Shown in pieces: positions 32,060-41,005 of a stretch of 64,000 nucleotides of DNA. Each line of letters opens with the position of its first letter. The first letter of the stretch is position 1. A model generated the notes under the pieces. That model had not been told where the DNA came from, made no database searches, and was given only the letters and a program-made list of their open reading frames with translations. Origin of the DNA: Nannocystis bainbridge (GTDB taxonomy: Bacteria > Myxococcota_A > Polyangia > Nannocystales > Nannocystaceae); contig NZ_JAQNDL010000002.1 of assembly GCF_028368995.1 (NCBI RefSeq), positions 1,504,001 through 1,568,000 of the forward strand, written 5' to 3'. The position numbers and the translations under genes were made by a program.

Positions 32060-32336
32060 CGGTCGAGGGTCCCTACTTCCCCGGCCTCGCACCGCGCTCC
32101 GAGGGCGGGACGCTGCGCGTACCACATCCCTCGCCGAGCGGCCCCGCCGCGCCCACATAAAGACCGGGATGCGATCCGCCGGGCGGAGACAATTCTCCGC
32201 CCGGATCGCACGGCGGGGGGCCCTTCGCGTCCCCGCCTGGCGCCCGCCGCGAGTGCGCGAACTCCCGCGACGTGGGTCTCGGATCAGGTGGGCGGCCCGG
32301 GCGCGGTCGGCGGGGTGCTCGCCGGCCGGGGTCCGC

Positions 32337-33143
32337 TCACACGCCGAACCGAAGCAGGCGCACGCCGAGGTAGCGCCAGCGCACACCAACGTCCGCGTCA
32401 GGCACGAGCATCGCGTAGGCGTTGAGCTCGGCCGTGTAGGAACCCTCGCCGAGGGTGATGGTCCCGTGTGCCGACAGCGACAGCTCGGTGTAGGTCGGAT
32501 CGACCGACGACGTGATCAACTGCCGAGTCGTCAGCGGCGTCTCGCCCGCGACTTCGAGGTTAAAAACACCCCCGACAGCCTCGGCGCCCGGCGTACCCGG
32601 ATGCGAGATTGCGACGGTGGCGCTCGCGTAGAGCTCGACCTCCCAGATTCCCGGCGGCACCGCAAACGGCGTGGCGAGGCACGGTGCGGAGACCGGGGTG
32701 AGCGTGACGGTACCAGCCGCGTTCGCCGTGCCGAGGCCGTCGGCGGCTGTCGTAACGGTCACGACGTCCAGGTCGGGATCGTCCGACACGACGAGACCGG
32801 GGCCGACGAATGACAGCCCGGGCCGTGCGCCGACCAGGGTGCCGCCCTGGTAGACCATCAGCTCCAGGCGGTGGGCGTGGTCGGACCGTGCGAGGCTGTC
32901 CGCGGTGCCCTCCGCGTTGCCGGGGCCGCTCACCGCGACCGGCGCGGCGGTGTCGGTGTCGTGCTTGTGATCCTCCCGGCTGGCGCGCGGGGCCATACCG
33001 ACCGAGGCCGGCGCGGCGTTGACGTTCCTCGGCTTCTTGGAGCCGAGGCCGACGCCGCCGCCTTTTCCGCCGAGCCCGTCGAAGGGCAGCAGTTGCCAGA
33101 GGCCGGTGTCGTGATCGAGATAGAGAGCGAACGGACCGATCAT
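32337..33143 (-). CDS. fibre/spike-like protein with RxDHxH repeats
   Basis: ASREDHKHD and LARSDHAHR, HxH motifs as in phage fibre shafts; beta-rich C-terminal domain. Confidence 0.65.
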   Translation of the reverse strand: MIGPFALYLDHDTGLWQLLPFDGLGGKGGGVGLGSKKPRNVNAAPASVGMAPRASREDHKHDTDTAAPVAVSGPGNAEGTADSLARSDHAHRLELMVYQGGTLVGARPGLSFVGPGLVVSDDPDLDVVTVTTAADGLGTANAAGTVTLTPVSAPCLATPFAVPPGIWEVELYASATVAISHPGTPGAEAVGGVFNLEVAGETPLTTRQLITSSVDPTYTELSLSAHGTITLGEGSYTAELNAYAMLVPDADVGVRWRYLGVRLLRFGV

Positions 33144-33145
33144 GG

Positions 33146-33283
33146 CTACTTACTCGCCGGTCTCGCGGCGGGGGCACTTCTCGTGCCCTCACGCCGGGCC
33201 CACTTCCAGAGGTCGAACAAGACTTCCTCAAGGAAGAACCCGCCGCCGAGCGCGATGCAGCCCTTCAGGAGAATCTCCGCCAC
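33146..33283 (-). CDS. small hydrophobic protein (45 aa)
   Basis: GTG start with AGGGG RBS; fills the gap between MTase and fibre gene exactly; ILLKGCIALGGGFFLEEVLFDLWKW. Confidence 0.5.
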   Translation of the reverse strand: MAEILLKGCIALGGGFFLEEVLFDLWKWARREGTRSAPAARPASK

Positions 33284-33288
33284 GTCCC

Positions 33289-34170
33289 CTACTCGCCGCT
33301 CGCGTCGCCGGTGCACAGTCCGGCCGCCTCGCTCACAGGCCCGAGCGCCAGCTGGCGCCCCCGCCCCTGGCTGAATCCGGTCTCGGCCTCGGCCAGGTTC
33401 CGCGCCGCCAGCGCTGCGTGTTCGTCGACGCGCTCGATCCCGACGATGCGGCGCCCCGAGTTGATGGCGGCGACGCCGGTCGTGCCCGAGCCGAGGAACG
33501 GATCGAGCACGAGCCCACCCGGAGGCGCGGCCGCCACGAGCATGTCGAGGAGGTCGAGCGGCTTCTGCGTGATGTGCTCCCGGTTGTCGCGGGCGTGCGG
33601 CGCCATCCCGATGTGATAGCCCGGGTGGCAGGGTCCATCCGCCGCCATCGGGCCGGCGCTCCCCCACACGATGAACTCGGACGCCGACGCGAACCGCCCT
33701 CGCTGGGGACGGGCCGCCGGCTTGATCCACGGAATCACCCCCCTCCAGATCCAGCCCGCCGCCTGGACGGCGTCCGTCGTCGTAGGCAGTTGTCGCCAGT
33801 CCGTGAACACGCAGAGGATCGCCCCCGGCGCGGCGAGGTCGAGGCAGGCCGAGAGCCAGAGCGCCGACCACGTCAAGAAGGCGCGCCCGTCCCGGTTGTC
33901 GCCCGCGAACTGCGGCAAGTAGTCGCCACCTGTCCCAAGGTACTTACGCGATGGTGCTCGCGTCCTGTCGCCCCGCATGGCGCCGCCGCTGCTGTAGGGC
34001 GGATCGGTGATCACCGCGTCCACGCGGTCGAGCATCGGCAGCACGCGCAAGCTATCGCCGCGAAACACCGTCCACCGCTCGCCGGCGGCATACAGCGCAC
34101 TGGTCCGGCTCAGCGACCGCTCGCCAGCGTCGGCCCCCTTCTCGCTCTCCGAGCTCGGGCAACAAGTCAT
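33289..34170 (-). CDS. N4/N6 DNA methyltransferase (beta class, phage type)
   Basis: DAVITDPPY, HITQKP, VLDPFLGSGTTGVAA. Confidence 0.93.
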   Translation of the reverse strand: MTCCPSSESEKGADAGERSLSRTSALYAAGERWTVFRGDSLRVLPMLDRVDAVITDPPYSSGGAMRGDRTRAPSRKYLGTGGDYLPQFAGDNRDGRAFLTWSALWLSACLDLAAPGAILCVFTDWRQLPTTTDAVQAAGWIWRGVIPWIKPAARPQRGRFASASEFIVWGSAGPMAADGPCHPGYHIGMAPHARDNREHITQKPLDLLDMLVAAAPPGGLVLDPFLGSGTTGVAAINSGRRIVGIERVDEHAALAARNLAEAETGFSQGRGRQLALGPVSEAAGLCTGDASGE

Positions 34171-35138
34171 GGCGCGGCCCACCCCACTTTCAGATCTTCG
34201 AGAGCTTCGACCCCGACATCGCCGCGCAGGATCGACACCACCACGGCGGCCGTTTGGCCCTCCGGGGTCGCGTTGTGCAGCGCGGCCCAGCGGGTGACGG
34301 CCTCCGCCGCGTTGCGGAATTGGGCGCCGGTGACGAGCGTCGCGGCGAGCACGTCGGACGGGCTCATGTCCGGAAGGTCCATCCACTTGGCGACCTTCGC
34401 GGCCACGACCGCGTTTAGCTGCATGCCCGCGATCTTGCCCATGTCGGAGTCGAAGACGCTCCCGAGCACGTCGCGCACCCCGGTAAACAGCTCGGACCAC
34501 GAATCGCGCAGCATGAACCCATCGAGGACTTCGCGCGCCTGGCGGACCGCAGCCGCCCCGACGGCGTACTGCTCCAGGCTCAGCGCGCGCTGCTGCTGCT
34601 GCATCGTGTCCAACTCGAACGTCCTCCGCATGCTCGCCTCGACGTGCTGATCGGCGAGCGTGGCGACGCGGATCGCGTGGCCGGTCGTGTGTTCGACCAT
34701 GGCCTGCAGCGTGCCGACTTCCTTGTCGCGGCGAGCTCGTGCGCGCTCCGCCTCCGTGTTGAGGTCCTCGATCCGCCGCTGAAGCAGCTGCGCCTGCTCG
34801 CGCAGCATCCCGACGTGACGCTGATGCACGTCCAGGTCGCGGCGGTCGTCGCTGTCCGAAGAGACAGGCACGCTCTCCACGCTGACGTCGTCCTCGTCGC
34901 CGCGGGGCGGCACGATCTCGCGCTCGTTGCGATAGACGCGCGGGCGGCCGTGGCGCACGTCCGCGGCCACCCGCTCGAGCTTTCCCTCGAACTCGTCCGC
35001 GCAGGCGCGCGACACGCGGGCCACCAGGGTCACCACGCCGCGGAATGGACCGCGCGCCGGGTGCCCGGCCTTTGGCGCGGTGATCCGGAGCGTTTCCAAT
35101 TCGGCAAACTCGGTATCTCGCGGTTCCTCGGGCTCCAC
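34167..35138 (-). CDS. hypothetical coiled-coil protein
   Basis: 323 aa; heptad-rich centre; stop overlaps the MTase start (ATGA). Confidence 0.7.
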   Translation of the reverse strand: MEPEEPRDTEFAELETLRITAPKAGHPARGPFRGVVTLVARVSRACADEFEGKLERVAADVRHGRPRVYRNEREIVPPRGDEDDVSVESVPVSSDSDDRRDLDVHQRHVGMLREQAQLLQRRIEDLNTEAERARARRDKEVGTLQAMVEHTTGHAIRVATLADQHVEASMRRTFELDTMQQQQRALSLEQYAVGAAAVRQAREVLDGFMLRDSWSELFTGVRDVLGSVFDSDMGKIAGMQLNAVVAAKVAKWMDLPDMSPSDVLAATLVTGAQFRNAAEAVTRWAALHNATPEGQTAAVVVSILRGDVGVEALEDLKVGWAAP

Positions 35139-35451
35139 GCGGGGCTACTCGCCGGCGTTATGCAGTAGCGCCAAGTAAATTCCGCAACGTGCAGGCGGCG
35201 CCCCTCCAAAGGGGCCGCCTGCTCTTCGAGAGTCTTGGGACTCTCAGATCTAGAGAATCCCGTAAGAAGTACGCGCGCGCGCGCGAGGCAGTCGCCGGAT
35301 CCGGTCGCCGAGCCCGCCGGCGCGCGCGGATCGCCGATCTGCTGTCGCACGCGTGCGGCGAAGTTGGGCCCGGCGGGCACGGACAGGCAAACCGATGTCG
35401 CAGCGCAAAGCGTGCGCTCTCCCGCGGGGGAAAATGGGCGCGTTGCGGGCG

Positions 35452-36174
35452 CTACGCGATACGCGGCGGGCGCCGATGCATCCGGAGCGCCGCGGCCACC
35501 GCCGGATCCGGCTCGGGCAGCTCGACCACGATGTCGAGCACGAGGTCGCCGTCGGGCTCGCCGCGCCGGCGGATACCGCGGCCGCGCAAGCGCAGCGGGC
35601 GACGGTCACGCGTCATCCGGAGCCGCACGTCCCCCCACGGCGTCGGCACGTCGAGCGGCTCGCCGGTGACCACGTGGTACGCCGACACGATCAGGGTGCC
35701 GCGAAGGTCACGGCCCTCGCGTCGCCATGGCCAGTAGTCGACCTCGCCGATCACGACCTCGCAGGCGACGGGCCCGAGCATGCCGAGCAACACGTCGCCG
35801 GGCTCGACGCCGACGGGCAGCCGAACACGCAACGCCAGACCCTCGACGTCGACCTCCAGGGGACCGCCGCTCCAAGCTCGCTCGCCGGCGATGCGCAGCC
35901 GCAGCGAGGGTGACGTGGGACGCGGGGGTGAGCGCGGCGGCGGTCTCGGCGGCGGCGGAGGTGGAGGGGGCGGCGGGGGCGTGGCAACCGGGGGCTCGAG
36001 CAGCAGCTCATACGCCGCGGTGATCCTCGCGTAGAGGCTGGCGTCGCCGCCGGGGCGCTCGGGATGCCAGCGGAGGGTGAGCTTGCGAAAGGCCCTCTTG
36101 ATGTCGCGCACCGGAGCGTCCGGGGGCACGCCGAGAAGGTCGGCCGCGTCGGCGACATCGTCACCGCGAGCCAT
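35452..36174 (-). CDS. J-domain protein (CbpA/DnaJ class B-like) with HPE in place of HPD
   Basis: LLGVPPDA..RDIKRAFRKLTLRWHPERPGG...ITAAYELL, polyPro linker, DnaJ C-domain WRREGRDL...LRLRGRG...GDLVLDIVVELP. Confidence 0.85.
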   Translation of the reverse strand: MARGDDVADAADLLGVPPDAPVRDIKRAFRKLTLRWHPERPGGDASLYARITAAYELLLEPPVATPPPPPPPPPPPRPPPRSPPRPTSPSLRLRIAGERAWSGGPLEVDVEGLALRVRLPVGVEPGDVLLGMLGPVACEVVIGEVDYWPWRREGRDLRGTLIVSAYHVVTGEPLDVPTPWGDVRLRMTRDRRPLRLRGRGIRRRGEPDGDLVLDIVVELPEPDPAVAAALRMHRRPPRIA

Positions 36175-36424
36175 ACGCACCCCGGAAGATCGCGGCGAGA
36201 CGCTCGCCGCGGGCGAGTTGCCGATCGCGTAGTGCATCGAGCGGCGCGTCGCGGTCGAGCGCGAGCGCGAGCGCGAGGCAAACCTCGAGCACGAGGCCGC
36301 GAGGTCGGCGGGCGCCCCGCTCGATGCGGTGAACTGCGCTCGGCCCGAGCCCGAGCAGCTCGCCGAGCTCGGCCTGGGTCGCGCCGAGACGCGCGCGAGC
36401 CCGGATGATCTTGTGACGGTCCAT
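36161..36424 (-). CDS. XRE-family HTH regulator
   Basis: RARARLGATQAELGELLGLGPSAVHRIERGARRP. Confidence 0.85.
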   Translation of the reverse strand: MDRHKIIRARARLGATQAELGELLGLGPSAVHRIERGARRPRGLVLEVCLALALALDRDAPLDALRDRQLARGERLAAIFRGAYGSR

Positions 36425-36456
36425 GCCATGTCACTCGCCTTTTTGCTGGCGAGCAA

Positions 36457-36963
36457 ATGGTCCGCGCGCTCTGGGCGGCGAGGTCTCTTGCAATGGCCGC
36501 CGCCGCCGCAAAGCTCTCGAATAGCCTCCCCGTGCTGCACCAGCAGATCGCCCAACAGGGCCGTCAGCTGGTGGAGGCCCGCGCCGACGCGCGCGAGCAG
36601 AAGCAACGCGCAAGCGCAGTCGTCGCCGAGGCGAGCCGCCAGCAGCGTTTTTTCGCTCGGTACACGCTGCCGACGATCGGCATCTACGGGGGCCTCGGTG
36701 TCGGTGTCGGCGCCGGTCTGGCCTGGCTCGGCTACGGCTATCTGCAGGACTGGTTCGGCGCGACCAGTTACATCCCCGCGATCGCGACGCTGGGGATCGG
36801 CGTCACGCTCTTTCTCTTCACGCCGCAGCTCGTGAGGGTCTCGGGTAAGGCCCTCGACAAGACGGCGCCGGTCGCCGTCGGTCTGTACGGCGCTTCGCTC
36901 GGCATGGCTGGTTACGCCCTCTACGAGGGTTATCGCGTGTACTCAGCGCCCGCGGCTCCCTGA
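36457..36963 (+). CDS. membrane protein with three predicted TM helices (start may be 36493)
   Basis: N-terminal coiled coil, then three Gly-rich hydrophobic segments. Confidence 0.7.
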   Translation: MVRALWAARSLAMAAAAAKLSNSLPVLHQQIAQQGRQLVEARADAREQKQRASAVVAEASRQQRFFARYTLPTIGIYGGLGVGVGAGLAWLGYGYLQDWFGATSYIPAIATLGIGVTLFLFTPQLVRVSGKALDKTAPVAVGLYGASLGMAGYALYEGYRVYSAPAAP

Positions 36964-37013
36964 CGCGCGCGCGAGTGACAGTTGAAAACATGTCCCAAAG
37001 GACAGGTTGAAAA

Positions 37014-38102
37014 ATGGATATTCTCAGCACGATCGCTCAGTCGCTCGATCAACAGGGACTCACGGACGCGGCCGCGTTCCTCCGCCGGCTCGTCATCGAG
37101 AAGTCCCGCGTTTGCGCGACGCTCGGCAATCCGGACGTGACGGCCTACATCGTGGGCCAGCTCTCCGCGGCCGGCTTCACCGCTGCCGCGCAGCTGGCCC
37201 AGCGTGTGGGCGCCGCCGCCGCGGGCATCTGTCAGGTGCTGTCGACGAATGCGGCGCTGCCCCCGATGGCACAGTCGAATGTGCCAGCGCTGAACCCGGC
37301 CGGCGGCCCCGTGCCCGGCGGCCCCGGCGTGCCCTCGCCCGGCTGGCCGACTCCGGCGCCCGCTCCGGGCTGGCCGGCTCCGGCTCCGGCCGGGGCGTGC
37401 TGCGGCAGCTGTGCCAGCGGCGGGGCGTGCTCGCTGAAGCACAACACCGCGGTCGAGACCTGCCCGCCGGCCATGGCGCCCGCCATGCCCGGGGCCCCGA
37501 TCCCGATGTCCACCGACATCGGCCGCTGGAACTGCCAGCAGGTCCAGCTGGATCTGGCGCCGTGTGACATCCGTCGGATCACGCGCGAGCAGAAGCTCGT
37601 CTCCTTCACCGGCACCGCCGCCGGCGCCATCGCGGCGAACTCCACGATCGACGTGCTGTTCGGCGAGATCGGCGTCTCGCATACCCTCTGCATCGAGCAC
37701 CTGCTCGTCGAGAACGTGACGAACGGGACCGGGGTCGCGCTCCCGATCAGCCAGATCACGCTGCAGGGCGAGCGCATCGCCCAGGAAAGCGGCGGCTCCT
37801 ACGTCCACGTCTGGGACTTCGCGGAGCCCGAGCGCCCCGAGTACCTCGGGATCACGGACGGCCGCTGCGAGTGCAAGCAGCTGTGCACGGGCGTGCCCTC
37901 GCAGGCGAAGGCCCGGATCCAGTTTCAGCTGCCGTCCGCCATCGCCGGCGGCAGTTCTCTGCGCGTGACCCTCTGGGGCCGGCGCTCGGATTGGACGCGC
38001 GTGGTGGGGCCGTGCCCGCCGTGCGACGCGTGCGACATGATCGAGCTCTCGACCGCCGAGAAGGCCGCCCATACCAACGCGATGATCGTCACCGCGCCGT
38101 GA
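37014..38102 (+). CDS. hypothetical protein; candidate major structural (capsid-like) protein
   Basis: Helical N-domain, Pro-rich linker, ACCGSCASGGAC motif, ~170-aa beta-strand-rich C-domain; ORF is solid, function is inference. Confidence 0.6.
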   Translation: MDILSTIAQSLDQQGLTDAAAFLRRLVIEKSRVCATLGNPDVTAYIVGQLSAAGFTAAAQLAQRVGAAAAGICQVLSTNAALPPMAQSNVPALNPAGGPVPGGPGVPSPGWPTPAPAPGWPAPAPAGACCGSCASGGACSLKHNTAVETCPPAMAPAMPGAPIPMSTDIGRWNCQQVQLDLAPCDIRRITREQKLVSFTGTAAGAIAANSTIDVLFGEIGVSHTLCIEHLLVENVTNGTGVALPISQITLQGERIAQESGGSYVHVWDFAEPERPEYLGITDGRCECKQLCTGVPSQAKARIQFQLPSAIAGGSSLRVTLWGRRSDWTRVVGPCPPCDACDMIELSTAEKAAHTNAMIVTAP

Positions 38103-38143
38103 TCTGAGACCGGCCGCCACGTCGCCAGGAGCGCCAGCCAGCC

Positions 38144-38890
38144 ATGAACAAGTTGATCATACCGGCGGTGATCGTGGCGCTCGTAGTCGCGGCCGTGGGC
38201 ATGGGCAAGGCGAACGCCGCCAGCCCGCCGCCCGAGCCCGAGCCCGAGCCGGACCCGCAGCCGGAGCCGGCTCCGGATCTTCCGCCTCCGCCTCCGCCTC
38301 CGCCTCCGCCTCCGCCCGCGCCCGGGCCGTTGGTGCCCAACGTGGCCGCCGAGCAGGCCGCGTGCGCGTCGGCGGTTGCGGACAAGCCGGAGACCGAGGG
38401 CGGCGCGAGCCGGAACGGCGCCCCGCTCGACACGTGGCTCACGTGGGTTGCGTTCGTCCGGGCGTACGGGCGAGCCCCGTCAACGCCCGCTGACTCGGCG
38501 CGCGTGATGATCCTTCTTGCCTGCGTCCGCGAGCGTCTGCTCGCGGAGCAGCCGAAGATCACGGCCAAGCCGACGCCCGGCGCCTACTACCAGATCAAGA
38601 CGGGCGACACGCTCTTCGAGGTCACGAAGGCTGCATATCCCGGCGGCGTCTCCCTCAACGGCAAGCCGCCGACCAACATGCAGGCCGCGCAGGCCGTCAA
38701 CGCGTCGCCCGAAAATCTCCGGTTCGTCCGCATGGTCGCCGCAGAAAAGAACCTGTTCCCGTCCGGTCGCGTCACGTTCATGCCCATTTTCGGAACCTTC
38801 GCCCAGCAGCGCGCCGACGCGACGAAGGGCAGCGAGGGCGCGGGCAAGAATTACGCCGTGATCTGGATCCCGACGCCGCCGGGGGTGTGA
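38144..38890 (+). CDS. membrane-anchored LysM-like protein with polyproline stalk
   Basis: N-terminal TM, PEP/polyPro run, YYQIKTGDTLFEVTKAAY...IWIP. Confidence 0.7.
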   Translation: MNKLIIPAVIVALVVAAVGMGKANAASPPPEPEPEPDPQPEPAPDLPPPPPPPPPPPPAPGPLVPNVAAEQAACASAVADKPETEGGASRNGAPLDTWLTWVAFVRAYGRAPSTPADSARVMILLACVRERLLAEQPKITAKPTPGAYYQIKTGDTLFEVTKAAYPGGVSLNGKPPTNMQAAQAVNASPENLRFVRMVAAEKNLFPSGRVTFMPIFGTFAQQRADATKGSEGAGKNYAVIWIPTPPGV

Positions 38891-38893
38891 CCG

Positions 38894-39439
38894 ATGGCCG
38901 CGATCGGACGCTGGGGGCCGGTGCAGGCTCCGGGGGGACGAACCGAGGGTGCTCCGTGCACCTTCGGTCTCGGGCTGTGCGACGACAACGACGTGACCGT
39001 GTGGCACAAGGAGGCAAAGAACTGGAAGAGCTTTGCCGCGAACCTCCGCGCGGTGGTCGTGGACCAGTGGGGCAACGACACGCAGACGTGGCCGGACCTG
39101 GCCCGATACGGCGAGCTCAGTTGGAAGGATGCCGACGCGAAGCTCGCCGGCGATCTCGGCTTCTTCGACGGCGCCAAGGTCGGCACCCTCTCGCAGATCC
39201 AGCGCCAGCTGAAACTGGCGATGGAAGCCTGGGCGGTCGCCCTCGACCAGGTGCTGCCCAAGCCCGTTGAACCGGGCCCGCTCGTTGGCTACGACGCATC
39301 CGAGAACCCCGACGACGTGCCGCCGGTGGTGCCGTTGCCCGACCTCCCGAACCCGCTCGCGGGCGTCAGCTCGGCGCTCAAGATCGCGGCGGTCGGCCTC
39401 GTGCTCGTCGTCGCCGTCGTCGCGCTGCGGAGGAAGTGA
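38894..39439 (+). CDS. hypothetical protein with C-terminal membrane anchor
   Basis: Ends LKIAAVGLVLVVAVVALRRK. Confidence 0.7.
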   Translation: MAAIGRWGPVQAPGGRTEGAPCTFGLGLCDDNDVTVWHKEAKNWKSFAANLRAVVVDQWGNDTQTWPDLARYGELSWKDADAKLAGDLGFFDGAKVGTLSQIQRQLKLAMEAWAVALDQVLPKPVEPGPLVGYDASENPDDVPPVVPLPDLPNPLAGVSSALKIAAVGLVLVVAVVALRRK

Positions 39440-40203
39440 TGAGCCGCGGCCTCGGCCTCGGCCTCGGCCTTGGCGCCGTCCTGGTCCTCGCCGCTCTCGC
39501 ACGGCGCAAGGGCCCCGGGCCAGCGCCGCCGAACCCGGCCCCGCCCGAGCCGGCGCCGCCGAACCCAGCCCCGCCCGAGCCGGCGCCGCCGAACCCAGCC
39601 CCGCCCGAGCCGGCGCCGCCGAACCCGGCCCCGCCCGAGCCGGCGCCGCTGAACCCGGCCCCGCCCGAGCCGGCGCCGCCGAACCCAGCCCCGCCGAACC
39701 CGGCCCCGCCTGTGCCGGCGCCGCTGGTGCCCACGGACCTGCCGCCCGACGCGGATCCGACTCTGTGGGTCCAGCTGGTGGACGAGCCGGGACTCGAGAT
39801 CCGGAACCCCTCACGGGCCTGGACGACCGCAGCAGCGCGCGCCGTGCTCCGCAAGGGGGCGACCGCTGCGCTCGCGTTGGGAGGCAAGCTGATGGTCGCC
39901 GACGGCGGCCCCGCTGCAGGTCCCGGCAACGTTTACCCGCCGCACAAGAGCCACCGCTGGGGGCGGGACTTCGACATGGCTTATACCGCCGACGGCGTCT
40001 ATCCGACGCCGGGGGCGGTCGCTGTGGATCCGCGGGTGCCCGCGATCCTGGAAGCCATGGCCCCGTGGATCGAAGTCGTCGGCACGACCGCGCCGCGAAA
40101 CCTCGCTTTCCTGGAGCGGCCCTATAAGGTCACAGGAACGTGGCCGGGGCACACGGGCCACCTACACCTCCGGCTCCGCAAGGACTTGACCACGGAGCCG
40201 TGA
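39439..40203 (+). CDS. membrane-anchored murein endopeptidase (MepA/M15-like LAS fold) on a Pro-rich stalk
   Basis: N-terminal TM, ~6 PPNPAPPEPA repeats (30-bp unit, ~39520-39710), PPHKSHRWGRDFD (Hx6D) and GHTGHLHL (HxH). Confidence 0.78.
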   Translation: MSRGLGLGLGLGAVLVLAALARRKGPGPAPPNPAPPEPAPPNPAPPEPAPPNPAPPEPAPPNPAPPEPAPLNPAPPEPAPPNPAPPNPAPPVPAPLVPTDLPPDADPTLWVQLVDEPGLEIRNPSRAWTTAAARAVLRKGATAALALGGKLMVADGGPAAGPGNVYPPHKSHRWGRDFDMAYTADGVYPTPGAVAVDPRVPAILEAMAPWIEVVGTTAPRNLAFLERPYKVTGTWPGHTGHLHLRLRKDLTTEP

Positions 40204-40841
40204 GCGTGCCCAGGACAGGCCCTCCCGATCTCGGCGTGGTCCTGGCGCTCGCGTCAACGGTCGTCGGCTTCGGTGGGCCGGCCCTCCTCGCCCGCGTCGC
40301 GCTTGGCGGCGTCGCGCTTGCGGAAGGGGCGGCCGCGGTCCGGCGGTTCCGTGAGAGGGCGGAGGGCTTCAAGGCCGCGGCAGCTCGGGCCGCCGCGACC
40401 GGGCGCCCGCTCGTCGTCATCGGCGATCCCGACGCGGGCCTGCACACGCGAATGGCGCGCGCGTACGACTGCGGCGATATCTGCGTCGACCTCACCGGGT
40501 GTCCCGCCTGCCCTGTCGGCATCGCGGCGGACATCACGAAGGGCCCGATCGACCTCGCCAGCGACTCGGCCGTGGTTTACGTGTCGTGCGTCCTGGAGTA
40601 CGTGGACGATGTGGGCGCGGCCGTGCAGGAGATCCGCCGGATCGCGGGGTCCCCGGAGAATGTCTTTATCGTGACGGTGCACCCGTGGAGCCTCACCTCG
40701 CGGCTCTACCCCGGGGCCCAGTGGGCCGGGAGCGCCACCGCGGACGGCGGGGTCGCCATGCGGCCGGTCAGCAGCACCGAGAAGGCCGCCATCGTCGGCG
40801 CCCTGGCGGCGCTCGTGCTGGCCGCATTCTGGCGGAGGTAA
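40200..40841 (+). CDS. methyltransferase-like protein with terminal TM segments
   Basis: LVVIGDPDAG...DICVDL...ADITKGPI..DSAVVYVSCVLEYVDDVGAAVQEIRRIA resembles class I SAM-MTase strands; GTG overlaps the upstream TGA. Confidence 0.55.
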   Translation: MSVPRTGPPDLGVVLALASTVVGFGGPALLARVALGGVALAEGAAAVRRFRERAEGFKAAAARAAATGRPLVVIGDPDAGLHTRMARAYDCGDICVDLTGCPACPVGIAADITKGPIDLASDSAVVYVSCVLEYVDDVGAAVQEIRRIAGSPENVFIVTVHPWSLTSRLYPGAQWAGSATADGGVAMRPVSSTEKAAIVGALAALVLAAFWRR

Positions 40842-41005
40842 CGGCCCCTCGTGCCCGAGCAGAGCGACCGGAGCACCGCAGCGGCACGCCCCGCCGGGTC
40901 GCGCAGGCAAACGAAGACAAGCGACGCGTGTGCGTCCGGGCGCCGTGTACCTGGCGACCTGGCGCCGATCTGGCGGCGGTAGCCCGACTCTCCGAGCGGC
41001 GCGAG

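Noticed and set aside
32337-33143. Diversity-generating retroelement acting on the fibre-like genes
   Set aside because: No reverse transcriptase and no adenine-specific TR/VR pair seen; the paralogs differ by whole-domain replacement.
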